A DNA stretch of 64,000 nt. It comes from Octopus vulgaris. Its lineage: Eukaryota. The notes under the pieces are model-generated. The model ran no database searches and was not told the DNA's origin. It saw only the letters and a program-made list of their open reading frames with translations. Of this stretch, positions 54,160 through 64,000 are shown in pieces. Each line of letters begins with the position of its first letter. Positions within the stretch are counted from its first letter, which is position 1. The stretch spans positions 56,420,001 through 56,484,000 of the forward strand of contig OX597821.1 in assembly GCA_951406725.2 (NCBI GenBank). The letters run 5' to 3'. A program made the position numbers and the translations under genes.

Positions 54160-54571
54160 ACAGCGAGCTGTCAGAAACGTTAGCACGCCGGGCGAAATGC
54201 GTTGCCGTATTTCGTCTGTCGTTACGTTCCGAGTTCAAATTCCGCCGAGGTTGACTTTGCCTTTCATCCTTTCGGGGTCGATAGATTAAGTACCAGTTAC
54301 GCACTGGGGTCGATGTAATCGACTTACTCTGTTTGTCTGTCCTTGTTTGTCCCCTCTGTGTTTAGCCCCTTGTGGGTAGTAATGATATAGTTATTTCATC
54401 TGTCGTTACGTTCTGAGTTCAAATTCCGCCGAGGTCGACTTTGCCTTTCATCCTTTCGGGGTCGATAAATTAAGTACCAGTTACGCACTGGGGTCGATGT
54501 AATCGACTTAATCTGTTTGTCTGTCCTTGTTTGTCCCCTCTGTGTTTAGCCCCTTGTTGGTAGTAAAGAAA
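54160..54571 (+). mobile_element. SINE family B, tandem dimer (both units with tail 1)
   Basis: 54208-54385 is repeated at 54391-54571. Confidence 0.85.
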
Positions 54572-55341
54572 TATATATGTGACTGTAGTTTAGAATAGGG
54601 TTTCAGATAGAGAATAAAGGAAAGATTTATGTGTGTGTGTGAGTATGTATGAACTTGAGCGTACGTGCGTGCATGCGTTCGCGTGTGTGTGTGACTGTGT
54701 GGGCGGTATGTATGTGGGTGTGGTCATGTGTATACGACCATGCGACTGCTCGTATGAGTGTGTTTGTAAGCGTACGCACATTAACCATTTCAGGATTCAT
54801 TCTTTAGTTTTTATCGTTTATTTTTGCCTTTTCTGCTGTAGATGGGCTTTATGGTATCGATTATGGTTTGTGGTGTGTAGTTCTTTCATGTGTGGAGGAC
54901 GGCGAGAGTATAATGTATGTGTGTGAGCATCTGAGTACGCGTTTGTGTATGCGTGGAATTATCTGCGTACGCATGTATGTGTGTATAGTTGTGTATTCTT
55001 GTGTCCTTGTGTGTGTGTCTGTGTATCTGCGTGTGCATGTGTATGCGTATGTGTGTATACATGTGTGTGTGTGCATCTCTGTCCGTACGTCCTCGTAGAT
55101 GTGGCATGAACTGAACATATTTATGTGTATCCTTGTATCAGCTGTGTGCGCGAACGCGCACGCGCGAGCGTGTGTGTGTGTGTGTGTGTGTATGTGTGCG
55201 TGTGTGTGAAAGCTCTGCAAGCGGCAAGCAGTCCAAATTTTGTGTAAATGTATTATATAGTTATAGGAATGATTCATGAATGGAATTTATAAATATTTTG
55301 ATGCATCGCTTATTATCGATTATTATTATTATTATCGATTA

Positions 55342-55399
<58 letters not shown>

Positions 55400-55434
55400 C
55401 ATCATCATCATTATTATTATTATTAATATTATTA

Positions 55435-55496
<62 letters not shown>

Positions 55497-55499
<3 letters not shown>

Positions 55500-57112
55500 T
55501 AGTTTTATTTTTTATAGCGTGCTTTCACTTCACTACCGAGCGCAGCTCTGTGTGCCTTGGGTATGTGCTGTGATTTGTTGTGATGCTCTGATGGTTATTG
55601 TATGGAAAGTGTTCTGCGTAGGATGTGTGCAGTGCCTAGTAGTGCAATTTTCTGTATGTTATATGTGTTTGTAAGTCCTGGTGTTTTTGTTAAGTATTTG
55701 TTTGAATATTTTTTATCATGCCTATGCACCTACTATGATAGGAATTGTTTCTGTTTTTAGATTCCACATTCTGGTTACCTCCATTTCCAGGTCTTTGTAT
55801 TTTGAAAGTTTCTCCATTTCTTTTAAAGGCACGTTGTCATCTGCCGGTATTGATACATCAATTAGAAAGCATTTTGTTTTCTTCATGATCTCTGACAACT
55901 CTATCTGGTCTGTTGGCCTTAATTTCTCTATCTGTGTGTATCGGCATATCCCAAAGTATGGTTGCTTTTTCGTTTTCTGTGACCTTTTCTGGTGTGTGCC
56001 TATACCATCTTTTTTCTGTTGTTATTCCATAATGTTGGCATAGCTTCCAGTATATGTAGGTTCCAACTCTGTCATGTCTGTGAATATATCCCTTCTTAGC
56101 CAGGACTGGGTAGCCAGAGATAATATGATTTATTGTTTCTTGTCCATCTCCACATATTCTGCAGTTACTTGTTATATTTCTTTTCATTACATGTTTTTGG
56201 TAATTTCTGGTGGGGAGGCTTTGGTGTTGTGCTGCAATAAAACTCCCTCTGTCTCTGCTTTGAGTCCTGAGCTTCTCAACCATTGCTGGGATTTTTCTTT
56301 GTCTATTTCTTTTGCATTTAGTTTAGTCCAGTATTTACCGTGAAGGGGTTTTTCTTGCCATCGTTTTATCATGGTTCTTTGATGTTCTAGTTTTAGTTTG
56401 GATTTCATTTGTTTTATAGCTTTTGTTGTTTCTTCTTCTTCTTCTTCTTCTTCTTCTTCTTCTTCTTCTTCTTCTTCTTCTTCTTCTTCTTCTTCTTTAT
56501 ATTTGTTAGGTGGTATGATTTCATGTTTGTATTTGTCAGCTTCCTTAAATACTGAGAACAGTTTTTTGTTTTGCTCGTGTTTTGCCGCTATTTGTATCAG
56601 TTTTCCTTCCTTCTGAAGTAGATATTTTTGCAGTCCTATGGTGGTTATTTTATAGTAGTTTTCCAGCTGTGTAAGGCCTCTACCACCATCTATACGTTGT
56701 ATATATAGTCTTTCTATGTCAGAGTTTGGGTGATGCATCCTAGACGCTGTCATTATTTTTCTTGTTTTCCTATCTATTTTGGTCAGTTCATCTAGTGTCC
56801 AGTTAAGGATATTGTAGCTGTAACTTATAACTGGGACAGCTAAAGTGTTAATACCTATTATCTTGTTTTTAGCATTGAGCTCTGTTTTTAGTATTGATCT
56901 AACTCGTCTATAATATTTTTTTATTATTTTCTCTTTCATTTGTGTGTGTTGTGTCTCATCTAGTTCATGGATTCCGAAGTATTTGTAAGTTTGGCTTTGG
57001 TCCAATTCTTTTATTTCATTGGTTTTATCTAGTGTGATGTTGCTACTCTTAACTAGTTTTCCTCTTTTCATGGTTACTTTGGCGCATTTTTCTAATCCAA
57101 ATTTCATATCTT
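55497..57112 (-). mobile_element. 5'-truncated R4/Dong-like non-LTR retrotransposon
   Basis: RT end 'MKFGLEKCA..YKYFGI', 'RLYIQRIDGGRGL', CCHC 'CRICG..ETINHIISG', 'RHD' and endonuclease 'ANRPD'. Flanked on both sides by (TAA)n. Confidence 0.92.
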
Positions 57113-57131
57113 ATAATTATTATTATTATTA

Positions 57132-57190
<59 letters not shown>

Positions 57191-57659
57191 GAGTGAGAGA
57201 GCAGCGCATGCCATCAAAGTGACACTGGGGTAAAATATACGAAGCCCAGTATACCCATCATGACTACCCGTCTGATAAGGCACATGCATCACAACCATAT
57301 GTGTGCGACATGATTTCATATCAAGATAAACAGCACATGACCTTGCAGGTGGGATCGAGTTAGAATATTCTTCTGGTCGAGTAACCCATCCTGCTCAAAA
57401 GGTCCCTGAATAAGGGTTGTTTAAAGATGTTGAACATAACACCCATGTTTCCAAGGGTGAATTATTCAAACCCCAAAGAATTCCTCTCAACACATGACTA
57501 AGATGCTCCCCCACTACTTCCACCCGTGATCTGAGATGTACATATCCTCAGCTACTAAGGGACATACTCAACTGGTAAGGCGTCAAACAACTGACAAGCA
57601 AATCTGTGGTATTGAGCAGAATATTTGCTGTAGCCCATCTTGTGTCTAGAACGATTAAA

Positions 57660-57932
57660 ATATTTTGAAACTTTTGCGGAGGCCTCTGAGCAGGTATCGC
57701 CAAGCTTTTAGAAAAGCTTCATGACGATTCTCTTCTCAAAATTCTTCGTCATGATCAATGCGGCGATCACACGTTACACACGTTGCTTCCAAGCACTGCT
57801 GTAAACAGCGGAAGTGAGCCAGAACCTTACAATTTAGTGTGCCTGCACAATAAAGTTCAAGGTTAATCTGTGTCATGCAGCTTTACTATAAGGACTATGG
57901 CAACAGTCCGTATACTTATTGATCACACCACG
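57660..57932 (-). mobile_element. Mariner 5' end fragment, same family as 17477-18347
   Basis: GCAACAGTCCGTATACTTATTGATCACACCACG-TA TIR and AAGCACTGCTGTAA match 18150-18347. Confidence 0.7.
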
Positions 57933-57969
57933 TATATGTATACATGTAAGTGTGTGTGTCTCTGTGTGT

Positions 57970-58015
<46 letters not shown>

Positions 58016-58361
58016 AATTAATATGGATGGTAGTTTACAATGTTTCACCAATAAGGAAAATTACAAATGTCACTAAATGCCACTAGGGTGTTAGGAAACA
58101 GTATGCTGGAAATAAGAACCTACCGGAAATCGCCGAAAATGATGCATCAATTATTAAGACTTCTCGAGCGGAATTTTTCGGCCATTACAGTCTCTGTTAG
58201 TGTATATGGTTTCACTCACGTCCGTTAACTATAACATTAGAGCTGTTTAGCTCTTATTTCTGACAATGTAGATGTTTCCTAACATCTTAGTCGCATTTAG
58301 TGACATTTGTGTGTGTATATATATATAAATATATATATATAATATATATATTTATATATAT

Positions 58362-58596
58362 ATCGTTTTGGGATTTGGTTTGCCAGATTCTTTATGTGAG
58401 TTCGTGCGTTGAAACATATTCTGTTGTGTCTGGGGAAAGTCATTCTCTTTTAGTGCCTTATAATTTAACACACTCACCAGTAAAATTTCCACATTTATTT
58501 TTTATTTTTCTAAAAATTTCGTTGCGTCTTGCAGCCTTTTCAATAGATTTGACTCTGTCCGTTATTCAGACAGAATGACTCTCTCCAGACACAACA

Positions 58597-58598
<2 letters not shown>
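58362..58598. mobile_element. (TA)n-embedded element with inverted terminal segment and variant hammerhead-like core
   Basis: TGTTGTGTCTGGGGAAAGTCATTCT (58422-58446) is inverted at 58572-58596. Minus strand has TTGAAAA-GGCTGC AAGAC GCAAC-GAAA at 58510-58546. Confidence 0.55.
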
Positions 58599-58638
<40 letters not shown>

Positions 58639-61600
58639 AGAAGCGTACATATTACACCATAGAGACATACATACATGTGTGCATTGGCGTATATTGAAAT
58701 GACAACTATGCTGTTTTTATATTTTCTTGAGTTCCTTGCAATTTTGTGCGGAACAGTGAAATTCACGAATCACTCATCAACTTTTGTAGACTTTTATTAT
58801 TTCATTATTTTGATAAGTTGAATCCGACATGTTTTACTCCCACTTTATAGTAGAGACGTGTAATAGTTTGATCAGTGATGACATTACCATCGTAATTTGA
58901 AAGTTGATGGTTAGATTTATACATAGTTAGTCGAGGAAGGTTGCATTTCATATTTTTTCTGATGCTTTTATCAGTGTATGTTGTCCACAGTTAATTTCTC
59001 TGTTTTGAGAGATAACTATGTATAAGATAGTTGCCTATTTACAGATGTTTTTATATGTACATTTGTATCCTGTTCTGTAATATAGAAGCTTCTTAATTAA
59101 ATTGCATGTTTATGTCTAGAAATGGACCCTTCTTTATCTTGACATAAAGATCCAGAGAGAAAATATCGTATACTTCACGTCATACACTACTTCAGGCAGA
59201 AATAAATACTTGTAGTTACATGGAGACAGTGGATATTCACTCAGATAAAAAAAAATGTCAGTGCTGAAATGTCCACTTAGTAAGGCATTTATGCACTTCT
59301 CAACAAACGCATTTCCGGAAAAAATAATAATATAACAAACACCAGTCATCACCAAATATTGAAAGTAATCGAGCAAACCCCCGACTAATAGATGTAATAG
59401 TATAACAAAACAAATGCATCATGCGCGATACCTATTGCCAATATAGAAACCGCAGATAAAACGTATTATATGGCTCGAATGGATACTGTAGTAAAGATGA
59501 ACACGTCAACAACCTAATTCAACTGAACACGCAAAGCTTTGCACCAAACGATAAATTGACTAATAATATATTTCAAAAAATCTCAAACAAATCACAAACC
59601 TATAAGTTAGTGGATAAACTAGTAACAGTCAATGAGATTTACAAATTTCTTGTCAAATATGACTTGTAATCTTTTCGACACCTTCCGATATATTTGCTAT
59701 GCAAGTATGACACTCTCTTGCTAGCTCATAGTGCAGTTAGATAACTGACAATTGCAACACACTAACAAAGTTAGATATGGAAACATTAGCAAACTATACA
59801 CTTAGCCCCTATAAGAATAGGGTATACAAACATCAGTGATGCTGAAGCATAGAGGAATAACAATCACCTACTCTTTCTTTCATCATTTTATAATCCATTC
59901 TCATTTACCAAAATAATACATGTCATTCGGTATGTTCCTACCCACTGCGATTTAGGTGAAGTGACATTTTTGTATAGGAATTATGAGTGTAACTGAAGGG
60001 TAAATGTCAACACGGTTGAAATGTATAAGTATTTATCTTTGATTTTTATCATTCTACATTTCGATATCCGGAGCGGCATTTTTCGCCATACATTCAAGTT
60101 TATGATTTGTTTTATATTTGTTAAATCTGTGTAGGGCTCTTCTATGTTGAGTAATAAATTTGTATTCGTCAAATTGAATGGAATATTTTTCGCGAATCAG
60201 TTTAGATTGTCATTTATGTTGTGTTGTACGGCTATATGTTCAGCTTGATGTTTTGGTATATACTTATGTTAGTTATAGGAAGAATGTTTCATGCAACCGT
60301 ACCAGATATTGTTTAGTGTCAAACCATCTTGATTGAGCAAACTTATAATCAAAAGCATTCCGATCGTGACTGCTCCATTTTGTTTATAAGCTGTGATTAT
60401 TTAGCCATCAAAGTACATTGCCATTTTGTAAGAAACTATACGTTGCCATATGAGAAATGTTGACTAATATTACTACCAAAAACATCGAATTATCAAAACT
60501 AAAGACATCACCATTTAGAAATATAAAAAATTAAGAGGTATAAATTCGATCAAACAGAAACAGGCGAAGCACCGAAAATGAAATTAATTTCAGCGGCTAA
60601 AAACTTAGTTTTCCAACACGAATGTTGTGCCTCGAAGCAGCATTTATTTGGTCTCAAGATCTGCTAAACTTATGTGTTAAATCTCCACCAAACCACGTTT
60701 TATGGCCTTAACAAATAAGAAAGTACTTTTGCTGATATTTAATGTGGCTGTCACACATAGAAGGCCGATCGAACGGTAAAAAATCAATATATAAACATAC
60801 GGTTCAATAAGCAGGTCAACGCTAAACGTGAAACAACTTGAAAGGTATAATCAATAATGATGTTATCGTCGGTGTAATTATTGCTCTTGAACCCTAGGTC
60901 AGCCCTGATATAGCAATGAGCAAAGACATTGCAGCCTTGTCTAATACGCCCTTTTTTTTAATGTATCAGTGTCCTAACGTTTTTTTTAAGACAGTAAGAC
61001 ATAGGGTGGTTTTTTACTGCTATTTCTTCTGGGTTGAGTAGCTACATATAGTTCACGTGCTGGCTTTTAATAAGTTTAATAAGGTTAAGTGCACTTGCCC
61101 ACAAATTTCACATTCAAACAAAGCAAAACAACAAAGCTGACCTTGACATATTTCGATTAACAAACAGATACAATAAAGAAAACCAGAAATATTGCAGTTA
61201 ACATCCTGTTAAAGCCACAATATCCAATGACAGCAGCAGCAGCAGCAACAATAACCATCATCTTAAGAAATATAAGTGTCCGATATACGTCACGCCTTTA
61301 AGGCAGTCAATGTATTTTATGCACCAACAACATATTGCAAATTTATAAACAAAATGAAATGAAAGGCTTCATCATTACCCAGCATTTATAAAAGTAAAAC
61401 TATTTTATCACACAGTAATTTCAGTTTTTAATAACAGGAAAGAAATTGCTACACTTCAGCTCAGGCATATACAAATGTGTATGACTTTTCTATGATAGAA
61501 CTTCTTAAAATGCACTAATATTTCTCCAATGTAGATTACAGCTACAATGCATGAATACTAATAAGATATCACAACCTACAAGGAATGCAATTATTTAAAA

Positions 61601-61836
61601 GAGGTATTGCTAATCTAAAACACGCTCATATGATAAGCCAACATAAATCTTATTAATTATCCATTAGGCTGCAAATGCCAGATGCAAATTTTTTTTTAAT
61701 TCTAAACACCATAATTGAGGGAGATATCATACAATGGCATACAAGGTATTTTGATACCAAAATAATGCACATAACACAAACGACATCATAATAGCAACAT
61801 AACTAAATAACTATTAATATTATAACAACTCGTGAA

Positions 61837-62226
61837 AGGCGATGAGCTGGCAAAATCTTTAGCAGACTGGACGAAGTACCTAGCGGCAGACTGTCAGTCT
61901 TTACTTTCTGAGTTCAAAATTCGCCGACGTCGACTCTGCTTTTCATCCTTTCAGGTTCGATAAAATAGTACCGGTTGGACTTTGTGGGGAGGGTCAATAT
62001 ATATTTCTTTATTGTCCACAAGGGGCTAAACATAGAGAGGACAAACAAGGACAGATAAAGGGATTAAGTCGATTACATCGACACCAGTGCGAAACTGGTA
62101 CTTTTATTTATCGACCCCGAAAGGATGAAAGGCAAGTCGACCTCGGCGGAATTTGAACTCAGAATGTAACGACAGACGAAATACCGCTAAGCATTCCGCC
62201 CGGCGCGCTAACGTGTCTGCCAGCTC
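61837..62226. mobile_element. Two SINE family B copies tail-to-tail (+ 61837-61995, - 62004-62226)
   Basis: Family B head and core in opposite orientations. Confidence 0.8.
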
Positions 62227-62543
62227 GATAATCAACTTACTCGTCACTCGAAATTGCTGACCTTGTGCCAAAATTTGGAATCAATATTATAAAAATTCAT
62301 AAGAATGCACCCCCTCTACTAGACGGTCCGTCCGATTATAATTATATAATAACCACAGGAGAAACACTTCTCAAATCCATCCGACCATAGACTCATACAA
62401 CAAAAAAGTTCCAGCTACAATCTTTAAAATATCAAGCAAACACATAATTCATCAGATATAAGACACAACATCAAGCATACCCCCAAAATTGGTTAACAGG
62501 TTAATATCAGAAATGACGGCTAATTTTAGTATTTTATATATAA

Positions 62544-62932
62544 ATAGCAGTATCGCCCGGCATTGCTCGGGTTTGTTTCTACCCTTTAGTATTAGAATTT
62601 TTAAAAAGTAAAAGTTTTGCATTATGTAGCTTGTTATTCGCTTTAAGTGAACATTTTTCTGGTTGAAATACACCGAAAATTGGCGACACAGCAGTAAAAA
62701 AAATCGTAAAAAATAGGGATTTTCATAGGCAAAAAGCAACTTTTTGATGTGAATAATTTTTGGTGTTAAGATGGACCGATTCGAATTTTTTTCTTCTACG
62801 GAAGGAAGAGCAAGCCTTCTATCATACTCTCAATTTTGGTCAACTTGCGCCGCAGGGTCTCGGAGGAGATAGCGTTAGTTGAAGGCTACCAAACCTGCCA
62901 TACACAGACAACTTCAGTTTTATATATAGAGA
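62544..62932 (-). mobile_element. Non-autonomous Helitron (~390 bp)
   Basis: Minus strand: A|TCTCTATATATAAAACTGAAG start, like 46178; 3' hairpin CCCGAGC-AAT-GCCGGG then CTGCTAT (CTAG variant). Confidence 0.75.
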
Positions 62933-62935
62933 TAA

Positions 62936-63168
62936 AGGCGGCGAGTTGGCAGAAACGTTAGCACGCCGGGCGAAATGCTTAGCGTTATTTCGTCTGCCGT
63001 TACGTTCTGAGTTCAAATTCCGCCGAGGTTGATTTTGCCTTTCATCCCGTCGAGGTCGATAAATTAGCTACCGGTTACACACTGGGGTCGATATAATCGA
63101 CTTAATAAGTTTGTCTGTCCTTGTTTGTCCCCTCTATGTTTATCCCCTTGTGGGCAATAAAGAAATAA
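62936..63168 (+). mobile_element. SINE family B monomer
   Basis: GGCGGCGAGTTGGCAGAAACGTTAGCACGCC...GAGTTCAAATTCC...tail 1. Confidence 0.85.
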
Positions 63169-63556
63169 TATACAGAGATAAGGTACAAAATAAGGTACAT
63201 AATAATCACAGATACAAACATTCACATACTCGTCTTGTACACGCACACACATACACACATATACTCACACTGAGTTAAAACGATGTTTTTAATTTTTCTT
63301 TTCAATGTTAAATGTTCACCATCCCACTTCCATTGAACGCATGCACGCACACACACACACACAGATACGCGCGCGCGCGCTGTTTGGCTTTCTTTTCACC
63401 ATAGAACTTCCATCATCTCACTATCAAGTTTGCTATCACCCCTTCCTTCCTTATTTATATGTTGTGACGGAGAAATACACTTGCCAATACAGTTCTATAT
63501 TTAATAGAAAATGAATTACGTACATTATTTACATTAATTACATTTGACGGACATTT

Positions 63557-63603
63557 AACACAACGTTTCGGCTGATATACCCTCCCGCCTTCATCAGGTG
63601 TCT
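63557..63603 (-). ncRNA. Minimal (Penelope-type) hammerhead ribozyme motif
   Basis: Minus strand: AGACAC-CTGATGA-AGGC..GCC-GAAA-CGTT-GTGTT. A palindromic AACGTT replaces stem III. Confidence 0.7.
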
Positions 63604-63629
63604 TCATCATGTATTTTTCGATTTTGTTC

Positions 63630-63716
<87 letters not shown>

Positions 63717-63901
63717 TCACTGCCTGGAATCGAACTCAGTAGCATGAAACGATTGTATTACACTACCTTTGGATATCCTTGTTGCTTATTTTGATTATAA
63801 TCACCCCATTTGATTTATATGGATAATACCATACCAAATTCTGGTGCCTTGAACTTAAGTACCATATTCATCTGAATCTAAATTTTTGCTGAACGTATAT
63901 A

Positions 63902-63935
<34 letters not shown>

Positions 63936-64000
63936 AGATATATAAAAGATAGATCATTAGCCACTACACACATCTTTTTCTCTCCTTGTTTTTTCTGTGT

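Overview
AT-rich, repeat-dominated eukaryotic DNA. The tRNA-headed SINE families and very dense (TA)n/(CA)n/(TAA)n microsatellites suggest a coleoid cephalopod such as Octopus; this is an inference, not a database result. No intact host gene is evident, and most ORF-track entries are microsatellite artefacts. Recognisable content: two decayed Helitron Rep/Helicase regions (9.4-16.1 kb), two non-autonomous Helitrons, a fold-back mariner, a Tc1/maT-like remnant, two R4/Dong-like LINE pieces in (TAA)n, RTE LINE 3' ends, more than 20 SINE copies of at least four families, and a near-identical 3.3-kb tandem duplication (39.2-45.8 kb). The most interesting signals are non-coding. First, several unrelated small elements, mostly next to microsatellites, each carry a hammerhead-ribozyme core and often inverted arms, as Penelope-like terminal repeats do. 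Second, two diverged copies of an unnamed fold-back element (4.6 kb and 50.9 kb) keep four hairpins in the same order with compensatory stem changes, which points to a conserved structured RNA or ssDNA motif. All analysis was done by eye; boundaries are approximate unless exact motifs are quoted.
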